DNA of 64,000 nucleotides from Perna viridis (Eukaryota): NCBI GenBank assembly GCA_037379345.1, contig CM074524.1, positions 7,909,635 to 7,973,634 of the forward strand, read 5' to 3'. Shown piece by piece: positions 13,484 to 25,869 of this stretch (position 1 is its first letter; each line of letters starts with the position of its first letter). The notes under the pieces were generated by a model. It saw only the letters and a program-made list of their open reading frames with translations, ran no database searches and was not told where the DNA came from. The position numbers and the translations under genes were made by a program.

Positions 13484-14323
13484 TTATAACATTTGTGACC
13501 CTTAGGTTCATGAACAAGAATTTCCGTTAAAAAATATTTCAACTAAATCTACTATCCTACTGGTGATTTAGAAAAAGTCAAAATTTATTTCTTTTTATAT
13601 TCGATAATAAAAAATAAAAATTCCTTTACAGTTCTTAAACTATCATTATTTGATGATATTTTGACTGTAACATTTTCTTCATTGATGTAAGAATTCATAA
13701 TCGGCTACGTTCGAAAAAAGTATCATCACTAACGTCAAGAATTTAACTTGAAAATCATATATATACATTTGAATACCAAGAACTTGTCATTCCCAAGGAC
13801 TTAAATGCTATATAAAAATCCTTGTCACTCCTAACAAATTCTATATAAACTGTAAAAACAACTGTGCCTCCCCGGTCTTTATACTGATTAAACTTAAAGC
13901 CTATAATATTCACATTTGACATATACGTACTGGGGAGGAGAAAATATTCAGGATTTTAGTTATATAAATTATAAAACTGATAATGAAAAAGTTATGATGA
14001 AAATATTGAGGAAGGGCGTGTATTCAAAACACTAAAATACAACAAAAATGTCAAAATTTACCTGTAAGAATCGTTAATTACATTTTATTTATCAGTAATT
14101 GCCACAGGAAAAATTAATGAAATCGACCAAGTTCTAACGGTAAATTAAGTATTTCAAAGTCATTACTATGTAATAAAAATTGTATCATTTTAAAGAAATT
14201 TCTTTAATTTTTTAATTGGTAATAAATTCACATGGTTAAACAAACGGAGAGACACAATAATTAACAGCTTACTGGGCTATAAGTTAGGAAAATGAAAGTT
14301 TTGATGTTTCTTTCTCAAGACAT

Positions 14324-15377
14324 GACTTACTTGACTTAACTCCGTCTCCCTGTTAGGAGAATCGTACCGCTAACAAGTCATCTTCATCTTTGTCTATCTC
14401 TTGCTACAGTGGTTGCGTCAGTCTATGATTCGAAGCCAAGATCCTGTCTATCTCTTTCTATTATTCTTCTCCATGTCTCTTTGTGTCGTCCTCTCTTTCG
14501 TCTTCCTTCAGATGTCCATGGAATAGCTAGTTTTACATGCATGTTTTTTTTCTATTCTAGCACATGGCCCAACCAATTCCATCTTCGTTTACTTTGAGTA
14601 TTAATCGATTCCATTCCAGGATTTCTTTTGACTTTCTCATTTGTCACTTTCTGTGACCAGTAGATCTTAAATATTCTCCTGATACTTTTATGAAGAAAAG
14701 TGTTCACCAGGTGTTCGTCGTTCTTGGTCCTTTTCCAAGTTTCGCTACCGCAGAGAAGATCAGATAGAACGTTGAAGTTAAACAGACGGAATTTTGTTCT
14801 TTTTGAAATTTGACTATTGTTCCAAACAGGTGATAATTTGTTGTATGTTGTTCTGGCGAGGTCAAAGCGTCTTCTTAAGTCTTCGTTGGTTCTTCCTGGG
14901 GTGGTAATTATGGCTTCAAGATATATACTGGTAAATGATTTTACATCTTCAATTACTGTTTTGTTCTGTGCTAGTGATTGATTGGTGTTGCATTTAGTCT
15001 CATCACTTTTGTTTTAGCTGCATTGATCTTGGGGTCAGTGGAGTGGGCATGTTTACTGACATCATTAAGTTTTCTTTGTAGTTGTTCTTTTGTGCTGGAA
15101 AATAACGCAATGTCGTCTGCATAATCTAGGTCCTCCAGTTTTGTGGTGAAATTGCATCGGATATGCCTGCGTTGTTCTCTGCTATTGATTTTTTTTTATA
15201 TAATCCAGATCCAGTCAATACTGTGAGAAATAGGAAGCCAGACATGTTGCATCCCTGTTTCACTCCAGATTTGATTTCAAACCAATCCGACTTTCCATTA
15301 GATGATAGCACTGCGCATTTGTTGTCTTCATATATATATTTTACCAGAGTTATTAGCTTTTCCGGTTTACCATAGTG
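14324..15377 (-). mobile_element. 5'-truncated, decayed RTE-clade LINE (RT C-terminal part)
   Basis: Minus-strand frames give SGVKQGCNMSGFLF, LEDLDYADDIALFSST and the RTE C-terminal GRRKRGRHKETWRR. Short tandem tail (aagtc/aagt). 13-bp TSD tttctcaagacat at 14311-14323 and 15378-15390. Confidence 0.9.
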
Positions 15378-15785
15378 TTTCTCAAGACATAGGTACGTTC
15401 ATTTAGTCATTATTTTATTTTTATTCAAAGCACACTTATTAAAAAAATACCCATTGCCATTCAGCAGATTTTTCTCTTTTATTTGATATTAAAAATTTCA
15501 TTTTAATAAATACAATAATTTTCACAAACATTCAATGTGAAATCATACTTTTAAAAGGTGCATTTTTGCTTATTTTTCCAAAAAAGACCTAATTTTGAAA
15601 GAGAACATTTATATTCCTCTTGTTCCAAAAAATAAAAAAAAAAACATATAAGCTGCCATTCCCCAATCTTTTATCTTAAATTTGGGACATTAATCATCAA
15701 AATCCACGCAGTGGTTTTTTTAAACAGCCTTAGCAAAATTACTATATTTTCAACAGAGAAATTTGGCTAATAAACAGCCAAATAA

Positions 15786-17556
15786 TACGGAAGCCCTTTA
15801 GGGCCATACAATTTACTTTTTATAATTTGTTGTAAAATATTATTAATTTGTTATAACAGATTATTAATTTGTTACAACAGATTAGTAATTTGTTATGACA
15901 TATTACCATTGTGATTTAACAAATTACTAATTAGATATAAAAAGTTAATAATTTGATATAACATATTATTAATTTGATATAACAAATTACTAATTTGATA
16001 TAACTTTATTTGGAGTAATTACTTTAATATATTATAGCCAATTTTACATTTAGTTACATGGTGTAGTGACTTATTTATCACATGTCTGTCAAGAGATCAA
16101 CATGGAACATAGAAGAAAGTTGATAGATATGTATCATTGCCTACGCAGTACTATCGAAGAAGTTAAGTTTATCTTAGCAAGCAAGTATAAAGTAATCATT
16201 TCAAGAAGTCAACTGAAGCACGTTACTGCGTCGCTTGGGTTATACAGAGAAAAAATTTCCAGTAATTTGCTAGACTTGCAATTTTCATATCGGAAAGGTT
16301 AAATGAATCTGGACAATAACATGGATACCGAATTTATGCATATATGAGATGGAAGAAAATAATTTGTGTGAAACTACTTGTGCAAGTGATGGATCTGACT
16401 TGTATTTGCTAACGAAACCAATCATACGTTATTTGATATTGTAGGTGCACCATTTAACAATGTTAATAAAAATGTACAAGACATAAGTTCATCATTTATT
16501 ATTTCATGAAAAATATACCAATACAACGATCGATTCCTCGTCTTCTATTTTGGCCACCTTAAATCTTTAGCCTTTAAGGATTTACATGAAACTTAAACAA
16601 ATATAGAGACCCCCGACTGTGAGATCAATCGCGTAACGAGCATCGAAAGTGGAGAAAATATAAATTCTAGGAGATTTGATGTATTTCATTTCCTAATCGT
16701 AGAGACCATCACAAAATTGAAAATTAAAAAGCCCCTCTCTCACATACACCCTTCCAGACCACTATAAAATCTACCTCGTAAAACTCCAATATACCGCATG
16801 TGTTGTCCATAATTATTTCATGATCTCGGAGGTTTTTTGAATTTATAATCACATGCAGATATAAAATTTTTTTTTCGAAACGGATGGAATTGTTAAGTTT
16901 GAAGGGTTGTTTAAATTGGATACCAAAAAAATCAAATCATTTGAGTTCGATCGGTCAAAGGTCAAGGTCACTTGTGGTAATTGGTACTTTATGAAATGTA
17001 TTTTATTTCTTTCTTGTTTTCTTTGTAAATAAGAGCATGTTTTAGTTTACAATGTAATGGGTTTTTCGTTCATCATGTACTCGTCTTTGGGAGTCACAAG
17101 TTGAATTCTTATGTACATTATACGAATTCGAAAATCGAGACAAATGCAAACACAAACCTACCTAATAATATAAATTTAAGTAACCAAATATGTGTGCACA
17201 AAAAAAAACAAAACAAAACAAACAAAAAACAAAAACAAAATTAAACAGACAAATGAAAAACTCGGCATCATGTAACAGTCAATAAACTGTTGTGTCAAAG
17301 TAGTAATTAGTTATATCAAATTAGTAATTAGTAACTTGTTATATTAAATAAATAATCTATTATAACAAATTATTACTCTGCTGTAACATGTTAATAATAT
17401 GTTATAACAAGTTGATAATCTGTAATTACCAATAACTAACTTGTAATATGAAAGTACTAACTTGTTATATCAAATTAATAAATTCTTATAAGAAATTAAT
17501 AATCTGTAATAATAAATTATAGAAAGTAAATTGTATGGTCCTAAAAATCTTCCGTA
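15786..17556 (+). mobile_element. IS3EU-like DNA transposon relic with 21-bp subterminal arrays
   Basis: TIRs tacggaagccctttagggccatacaatttac / gtaaattgtatggtcctaaaaatcttccgta (TAYGG termini). Near-TSD aaataa/aaatag. Decayed transposase N-terminus at 16101-16345 (...EEVKFILASKYKVIISRSQLKHVTASLGLYR...LNESGQ*HGYR). Inverted 21-bp repeat arrays at ~15820-16005 and ~17300-17520. Confidence 0.75.
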
Positions 17557-18259
17557 AAATAGCGACGGCAATGTTCTATATTGATTATTACAAGTGACTT
17601 CTCCCTCTAATATACACTCCCTGTTCTTAAATAGCGTCAAGTCACTCAAGGTCTTACGACGGTAAAGGGCGTTCATATATAATGTAGTACCAATCATGTA
17701 CGGTGTCGTATAATTCCGTGTCCGCCATTATATTGCAATTAAAAAACTGAGACCTCATATATTTCAGAGATCACTGTATTGTATTTGAAGCTCATCTCTA
17801 TCATAATGAATTAATTCTAAATGAGGTGTGAAGTGTAAAATCTTATCTTTCATTTATTTAATAAAGGTCCTCGTCCTACTAGAAAGAAAATTATAGTTCG
17901 CTCAAAGATATCGAGATTTGAAATTTACCTCAGAGTTTAGTCATCTTGGTTCATGTAGGGAAGTGAAATAAGCCAATTTGGAAATGAGGAACGCATTTAA
18001 TAACGATAAATACTCTTCAAAATCGTCATAGGACTTGTTGTCAATTAGCAGGTCAGCCAATTTAATTGTTATACAAATTATCTTGATCGTATTCTTAACT
18101 TATATTCTATTGTCATGCCAACCATTGATTATTTATGTCTTATAATTTTGAATACAAAAAGCGTCAAGATACTGCAAATGGTGAAATCATGTGAAAACAG
18201 GCATTACACGGGCATTTTCTTCGATATCACGGATCTGATTCTAATGAAATTTTACATCT

Positions 18260-18503
18260 TTGTTCGAATTTTCAGCTGAATATAATGAATTTTCAAGTTC
18301 GTATTTTGGATTTTTTAAGTTATTATCTTTAATTTTCAATTTTCTATCCTGAATTTTCACGTTAGTATTTTGAATTTTCAACTTAATATCTTGAATTTTC
18401 AAATTACTTTCTTGGATTTTCAACCTGTTACAAACGTATCTTGAATTTTAGACTGCGTTTTCTAAAAAAATAAAAAAAAGAGTGGCCGATATATGCTTTC
18501 GAA
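18260..18503. repeat. Degenerate 21-bp tandem array, probable one end of an IS3EU-type non-autonomous element
   Basis: tgaattttcaa recurs every 21 bp and is followed by gtggccgatatatgctttcgaa, which resembles an IS3EU-type terminus. This explains the spurious heptad ORF 18241-18423. Confidence 0.55.
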
Positions 18504-19743
18504 TATAGCTGCTTTTCTAATGCTTCTTTTTAAGTATTTTTTTATCTATAAATTACATTGAATACATCAATGAAAAAAATATAGAACCCTTCCCTGCTCT
18601 GGCGTCTATGACAATATCTCCTGCATTATTAAACGTTCACTTACATTTTTGATATAGTATACTGTTTACATGTAACTAAAACATCAATTTAGACGTTGAA
18701 AACTTCATTGTATTCTTGCTTCGATCTACATATGATGGAGTTTTCAACGTCTAAATTGATGCTTTATGTTACAAGATTATATCAATATGCTGTGTCTCGT
18801 CGCAATATATTTTCGTTAAGACTACTACTAGAAAAATAAAAATAAAATGACGTCTTCCACACAATGTGCAAGTTTTGATTCAGCTAAAAATAAATTATGC
18901 ATAATCACAATATTGAAAATGGTAGAGAGAGGTAACGTAAATAACAACTAAATGCCGTATATAATCGAAATTATAATCTTTTTAAATTATACATTCAGTG
19001 TTTTTCTCCGAAATGTAAAGGAGAAAACAGAAATTCTTCGTAATTGGTTTAATTTTAGCAAATATATTCCCCCCGTGATATTTTTAGATAACCAACCAAA
19101 TGAATAGATGACATGACAGGCTAGACTTCAGATGAGGTATGTTAATTTTATATAAACTTTATTTTTTTCTCATTATTTCATTGATAAAACATTGAGTTGC
19201 ACACGTTTCCGTTGCCGTACTAGGTATACATCCACTCGTATTAGTCCAAATTGTCTCTGACCCTGCAACCCTCCTCTTTTTTATTTTGATATTGACACCT
19301 CCCATGCTGACATATCAATATCCAAATAATAAAAAAAGAGGGGGGGGGGTTGTAGGGTCAGTGGAAATTCGGACTACACTCTTTGAAAGAATGTTGATAC
19401 TCAGACAGAACCTAAAATCGTACGCCTCAATATTACAATGCAACACACTAAAATCAATCAATAGATTGGCAGTGACCCAAGATAATTCCGTACGGAATGA
19501 CGGACGGGTGGACGAACAATGTGATTCCTATAAACTATTTTATTTAAAAAAAAACGCGTTTGGAGGTAATTATACGACAAGGACGAAGACCTTCAGTCGG
19601 TTTGTACAATAGATTTACATTGATTTATAATAATTTCAGTAGGTGTAACAGGTTGAGTATTATTAAAAAATGTTTCAGAACAAGTGCCCAGTTTATACCA
19701 ATAAGTGTATACACCAAGAATGTCTTTTTTTTTCAGATAAAAC

Positions 19744-20937
19744 ATGGGAAATATTTCATCTACATTAAAAAGTCTAGAAGACGAATCGAAGGAAGTCAAA
19801 ACTCTCGTACTTTTATCAAAAGAGGGAAAATGGAACGACGTCTTCAGGATACTCAAATCTAGCCCTTATTTGTTGAACGCAATACCAGAGGACAGGCGAT
19901 GGGGTGTTATTCACCAAGCCGTTTGGTGGAATAACGAGGAAATAATGAAGAAACTCCTGGACCACTCGACCTGCGACTCCAGACTTTTGACAAAAGAAAC
20001 AACATCTGAAGTTGGCGATACAAGCGCCTGCACTGCGTATGACGTAGCTGTGAAGTATGGATATACCGACATAGCTAAACTACTGGAAAAACATTCGAAT
20101 AAATTGACAACGGAAGAAGAAATAGAAGAGCTTCCAACATTCCACTACCAGAATAGCGACATTCAGCTCAAAGGCTTGGGTCTTTTACGTGTCACCTTGG
20201 CCTCATACAGACACACGTTTTGCCCATTTACCATATCAGGTAACAAGAGTCTGAGCACCATTTTGGGTGAGATATTTGATTTTGTCGACAGTGGTGACAA
20301 TTGGGCAGCCGTCAAGGACAAGGTTTGTGACTCCCTGTATACTGTTTGCAAGCCAGCTGTTAAGGTCCTTAGAGGAGTAAAAACAAAGCAAAAATTCTAC
20401 GAAAAAATTGTTAACGTTTACACGAACGAAGACACACAACTTTACATGTACTTAAACACAGCCTTAAGAAGGCAAGAGGAAAGAAATTATCGCCCAACTG
20501 CAAAAGATCTCGGTCTCGGACCCTACGTACTAATGTTCCATTTGCTCTTGATGTACTGGAGCCCTCTATCGCCAGAAGAAGGTACAACGTACCGAACAAT
20601 GCTGGTAAATGTGTCAGACAGTAGGAGATACCAGAAGGGCACGCAGTTTGTATGGCTCTCCTTTGTTTCTTCATCAGTAGATAAGGCGAAAGCAGAGCCT
20701 TTCCCTACCTGTGTGGCCTCGGGGCAACACAAGTTATTCTTTATTATCAACAATTCTGCTGCTAGCAGTATACAGCCACGGAATATCGAGGCCTATGCCC
20801 AGTATGTAGAAAAGGAACGCGTTTATCCCGCGGGAACAGAATTTCTTGTTACAGATCGATTGGAAAACGACGAAGAGACAACCATTCACCTTAAACTCAT
20901 CGATCGACAATTAGCGTTCGCACAGAAACCAAAATAG
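19744..20937 (+). CDS. Ankyrin-repeat + NAD:arginine-type (R-S-E, ARTC-like) ADP-ribosyltransferase, 397 aa, predicted intracellular
   Basis: Only long ORF in the window. ANK-like repeats (LSKEGKWNDVFRIL; VIHQAVWWNNEEIMKKLL; TAYDVAVKYGYTDIAKLLE). ART helical motif YTNE...LY.YLN.ALR. Catalytic YR284, FVS309SS and E356-K-E358, followed by YPAGTEFLV. Splice acceptor (T)n-cag at 19735-19736 just before the ATG. Confidence 0.9.
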   Translation: MGNISSTLKSLEDESKEVKTLVLLSKEGKWNDVFRILKSSPYLLNAIPEDRRWGVIHQAVWWNNEEIMKKLLDHSTCDSRLLTKETTSEVGDTSACTAYDVAVKYGYTDIAKLLEKHSNKLTTEEEIEELPTFHYQNSDIQLKGLGLLRVTLASYRHTFCPFTISGNKSLSTILGEIFDFVDSGDNWAAVKDKVCDSLYTVCKPAVKVLRGVKTKQKFYEKIVNVYTNEDTQLYMYLNTALRRQEERNYRPTAKDLGLGPYVLMFHLLLMYWSPLSPEEGTTYRTMLVNVSDSRRYQKGTQFVWLSFVSSSVDKAKAEPFPTCVASGQHKLFFIINNSAASSIQPRNIEAYAQYVEKERVYPAGTEFLVTDRLENDEETTIHLKLIDRQLAFAQKPK

Positions 20938-21234
20938 GCTGTTGAAATGAAACTTTCTTTTTTTCTGCACATCTTTTATTTGTATTTTTCGATATATAAG
21001 ATGTAATATATATTCATATTAAGATCATAAATAACACTTTTTGAATGCTTATACAGTATAGAATTTACTAATATACACATGGCTAGTACTATACAATTTT
21101 CAGAGGGGAGGGCTTTCGGGGAATTTTAAGATAAACATTTTGGACCTTTTTGAAAATCGATATTTTGATCCTTTCAAATCACACCTGTCAATTTGATTCA
21201 ATGTGTGTGGAAAAAATATTTAAACCGTTAACAT

Positions 21235-21404
21235 GGTGCATGGAATATCTTCATCCAACGAAATCTTCCAACCCTCCCCTAAATATCATAAATTGTCATC
21301 TCTTAAAACGATTGCTAAAGGTGCATGGAATATCTTCATCCAACGAAATCTTCCAACCCTCCCCTAAATATCATAAATTGTCATCTCTTAAAACGATTGC
21401 TAAA
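21235..21404. repeat. Perfect 85-bp direct tandem duplication (right end of a MITE-like element starting ~21090)
   Basis: ggtgcatggaatatc...cgattgctaaa at 21235-21319 and 21320-21404. Confidence 0.9.
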
Positions 21405-22413
21405 TTAAATTAATATATCAATGTTTAATAAATTAAAATTAAAAAAAAATTTCGTATTAGATAACAATCAAGAAAGAAATTTGAATAATATGTTTCGCTG
21501 GGCATAGCTTGATACGACTGCAGTGGTAGTAAAGTGAACATTCGAGGCACATTTTGGAAACAAAAATACAGTTTAATACACCTCAGAGTTTGGATTGTAA
21601 TTGAACATCTGGCACAGCATAGAACAACTTACGCATTTTTCTTATTTGTCCTGATAACCATAACTCAAATACACTTGTGGAAAATTTAACATGTCAGAGA
21701 ATGCCCAAGGGTTATTTTATGTTGAAAATTCCTTAAAAAGCACACCCCATTCACTTAAAATTGGGTTTTTGCGTTTTTGTGTGGACACTTGTTTTGGCCC
21801 TTTTTGAGTCTATTACTAGACACAACCCTAAAAATAAGTCCGAGTCTTCTTGATGTTGTCATCTGAAGTGATGCTATTAGCTTTGTGGCAACATAACATT
21901 GTTTCAATAGTTTATTTTTAAAAACAAAGTTGGTATAGTACAAAATACGTATTGCATCGGATGGCTCTGATTTTACCTATGATCTGTGATATAACGCTTC
22001 GTGGAACGCATCTTAATACGACCGCAGCATGTTGAACTCTGTTCACTTTAGGCAAGTGCATGCGGACACAATATTAGTTTTTGACACTTAAAAATAGGAA
22101 CTTACAGTTCATTATGGACACAATATAGTTCACAATTTGAAAGGTGATAAAAATTCTGCTTTCAGGGTGCTAATCTAATACCTTTGCCTTCGATCCCTGT
22201 AATTGAAAAAATAACGTCAGACATGTACATGTAAATCTGATGGAAAAAATATATACATAGATTTTTTATAAGGAACCCATTAAACATAAAATAAATAAAT
22301 AAATAAAAAATCGGATCATAAATGAAAAAAAGGCATTTTTTTTTTATTGGCGAGACCGCTTTCAGTCCTTTACAACTCGAAAACCGTAACAGATACCTGA
22401 AAAGTAGGAAAGG

Positions 22414-23980
22414 ATTTTCATAAGGAATCCAATAAAAATGGAAAGCTTCGCCGAGCGCAGCATGATGCGTCCGCAGTGGTCGAACCATGAACAGTTGGGG
22501 CAAGTGTGGACACAATATTAGTTTTTGACAGACTTTAGCATTGTTTAGACACTATATTGCACAAAATTTAAACTTAAATTATTTTTTTAAAAATCAGACG
22601 AAAAGTATAAAAAAGTCGAATTTTTCAGGTGTGGCCTCTTTGACCCCTTATAACTCGAAAACCGTAAGAGATATCTGAAATCTGATTGAAAAAGCAGGCA
22701 GGGATTTTTATGAGGAATCCAATAAAAAAATTCGAAATCGGACCAAGCATTAAAATGTTGATTTTTTTGTGTGTGCCCCTTTTGACCCCTTATAATTCGA
22801 AAACCGTAAGAGATCTGAAATCTTATTAAACACACAGGCAGGGATTTTTATGAGGAATCCAATAAAACATTTTTTTTTAAATCGGACCAAGAATAAAAAA
22901 GTCGATTTTTCCGGTGAGGCCCCTTTGACCCCTAATAATTCGAAAACCGTAAGAGATATCGGAAATCTATTGAAAAAAGCAGGTAAGAATTTTCATAAGG
23001 AATCCAATAAAAATGGAAAGCTTCGCCGAGCGCAGCATGATGCGTCCGCAGTGGTCGAACCATGAACAGTTGGGGCAAGTGTGGACACAATATTAGTTTT
23101 TGACAGACTTTAGCATTGTTTAGACACTATATTGCACAAAATTTAAACTTAAATTATTTTTTTAAAAATCAGACGAAAAGTATAAAAAAGTCGAATTTTT
23201 CAGGTGTGGCCTCTTTGACCCCTTATAACTCGAAAACCGTAAGAGATATCTGAAATCTGATTGAAAAAGCAGGCAGGGATTTTTATGAGGAATCCAATAA
23301 AAAAATTCGAAATCGGACCAAGCATTAAAATGTTGATTTTTTTGTGTGTGCCCCTTTTGACCCCTTATAATTCGAAAACCGTAAGAGATCTGAAATCTTA
23401 TTAAACACACAGGCAGGGATTTTTATGAGGAATCCAATAAAACATTTTTTTTTAAATCGGACCAAGAATAAAAAAGTCGATTTTTCCGGTGAGGCCCCTT
23501 TGACCCCTAATAATTCGAAAACCGTAAGAGATATCGGAAATCTATTGAAAAAAGCAGGTAAGAATTTTTATGAGGAATCCAATAAAAAAAATAATTTCGA
23601 AATCGGACCATAAAATTTTAAAAAGTTATATTTTTGGGGCATTGCCAAACTTCGACACCCTATAACTTTAAAAGGGTCCAAAGCACATAAGATCTGCTGA
23701 TACATTTGTTTACAAGAATTAAATAAGGAACACAATAAAAAGGAATCTTCAGAATCGCAAAAAATATTCTACATAGGTTTTAATAAAACACATATTTTTA
23801 GTATTTTTAGTATTTTTGTTCCTTTTTTGGCCTTTTTTTCTAAAACGGTAGGGACAAGGAAGTCCAAATTCTTTAGTGGTAATTAAAATCATATCAAAAT
23901 TTTAGAACAAATTTAGAACAATTTTTTAACCACAGTTTAAGTTATCGCGCGGATATGAAGTGTCCCCAGACGACGACGAC
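22414..23980. repeat. Second HINE-like repeat family with a 575-bp tandem duplication and ~140-bp subrepeats
   Basis: 22414-22988 is repeated at 22989-23563 (identical ORFs offset by 575). Subrepeat gacccc.tataa.tcgaaaaccgtaagagat; (gac)n end at ~23970. The head motif (gcagcatgatgcgtccgcagtggtcgaacc.tgaacagttggggcaag) also occurs at ~21495, ~22010, ~24625 and ~51015. Confidence 0.8.
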
Positions 23981-25869
23981 CAAAAAAAAAAATTTAAAAT
24001 TTACAAAAAAAAAAAAAATAAATAAAAAAAGAACAGATTCGCATGAAAATGTAACCGCACAAAGATCATATCATTCTGAACACTTTTACATGCGTCAAAA
24101 ATTTGCTATAACGGTTTAGGAATATGTATCCGAAAAACTTCTGTCTGATCCCTGCGTTCTTTTTTTAAAGCGGCCAATGATTGATCACATTAACCCCCCC
24201 CCCCCAAAAAAAAGGGGGGTATGAGCTCTAGCTGAACCTTTTTACCCAGTCAGAATTTGGCTTAACTACTAACGTATTCTAAAAACTGTTGTCTGACCCC
24301 TGTGTTTTATTTTCATAAGCGGCAGTTATATATGCTTTCTCAACGGGTCAGAAATCCCCCATCAGTTCTAGGCAGAATACCCTAAGAAGCATTCACACAA
24401 AGTTGGGTTCTAATTGGTCTTATAGTGTCAGGGAAGAATTTTGAAAAATTGTTAACGACGACAGACGAAGACGCCATCTATGTAGCGGAAAATAAGCTTA
24501 AGGAATTTGACTACATTTTGTAATCGTCCTTCCTTATAAACAAGGTCTTGAATAGTATTGAATCAAAGTTATTTATTGTTCGGACACACTACGTCTACAT
24601 ACGGAAGATGGATGACAACCGCAATCGATTTGCTTCGACCGCGAGGTCAAACCTTGAACTGTTGGAGCAAGTATGGATGCACCAAACTAAGTTGATACAG
24701 TTACGAATTATTTGATACCGTGTAAGAATTTCATTAAAATCGAAGTGGTCCCTTTCCGATCACTAATTCCTAAAGAGTTGCAATCATAACCTCAAAAATC
24801 AATCTAAAACTTTCTTCCTTTAGAGGGTATTGTATCTTGAAATACAATTTCAAAGAGATCCATCCATTCCATTATTACTCAAGTTATCATCAAGACATCA
24901 CGAAATATTCATTTCTAGTTTCTCATTTCAAAACGGCCCAGGTCTTTAAGATATGAAATACTACGTCACAATATCATAGACATCCATATCATTTCACTGG
25001 AGTTATTTACTGGTAGTTAAATTTTATGAAATGCTTGTTTTGTACCTATACATTTTACCTCTTTTGAACTCCAAAACCAATATCAACAGTCCATTTGAGG
25101 TTTGGAATCTTTTTTAAAACCAACCGAGTAATCTTCAAGCTTTTCGCATGAAAAGCAAGTGTCAATAGACGACGACAGCGCCATACCATTATTCAGTTTT
25201 AGGTCGCATTAAGCGTTAAAATTTATTCTTAACATAAGGGCACGTATTTTTTAAATTTCATAATTTTTATATTTAAACATGGAAAAATATTAACAAAGAT
25301 ATATAGTACAATAAATAAGTAAATGATGCTAGTCTGCTATTAAGCATTGTATTGTAAACACATGAGAACACGGTGCATGCTAATCAACATTTTTCACGAG
25401 GAATCCCTTTTGTATCTGGGTTTCGAATTTACAGAATTTATTTGCAAATCAACAGTATAGATGTAGATGTAAATTTCCGAACCACCACTGTAACATTTGA
25501 ACTACAGTGGTTCTGTAACACCAGGTATCCGTCTAAGCCTTCTGCTATATGCAATTATAATTCTGGAAATTGCATCTCTTACATAATTACAGTGATGTAA
25601 ACTTTAAAGTGGAGAAAGCAGCAATTGACAGAACATATATTTATAAATTCTGTCAAAATGCCAACAACTCCACAACCTTCACCAATCAAAAAGCGTTCAT
25701 ATATAAAAAAAAGCATAATTTGTTTCGTTTTCCGGCAAGGTATCTTTAAACTGATTCTCGATTTACCGGATCATGCAAAAAGAACTAAGAACGATAACTC
25801 CAACTTGCTGACGTCTGCCATCTTGTTTTCACAAAATCAAGGGAACCACGATTAGAGCAGTAAACAAAA

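Noticed and set aside
18241-18423. Heptad 'coiled-coil' ORF KIQESNLKIQDIKL...
   Set aside because: Artefact of a 21-bp DNA tandem array.
19593-20753. Several ORFs antisense to or overlapping the ART gene
   Set aside because: Shadow ORFs of the real coding strand with no recognisable motifs.
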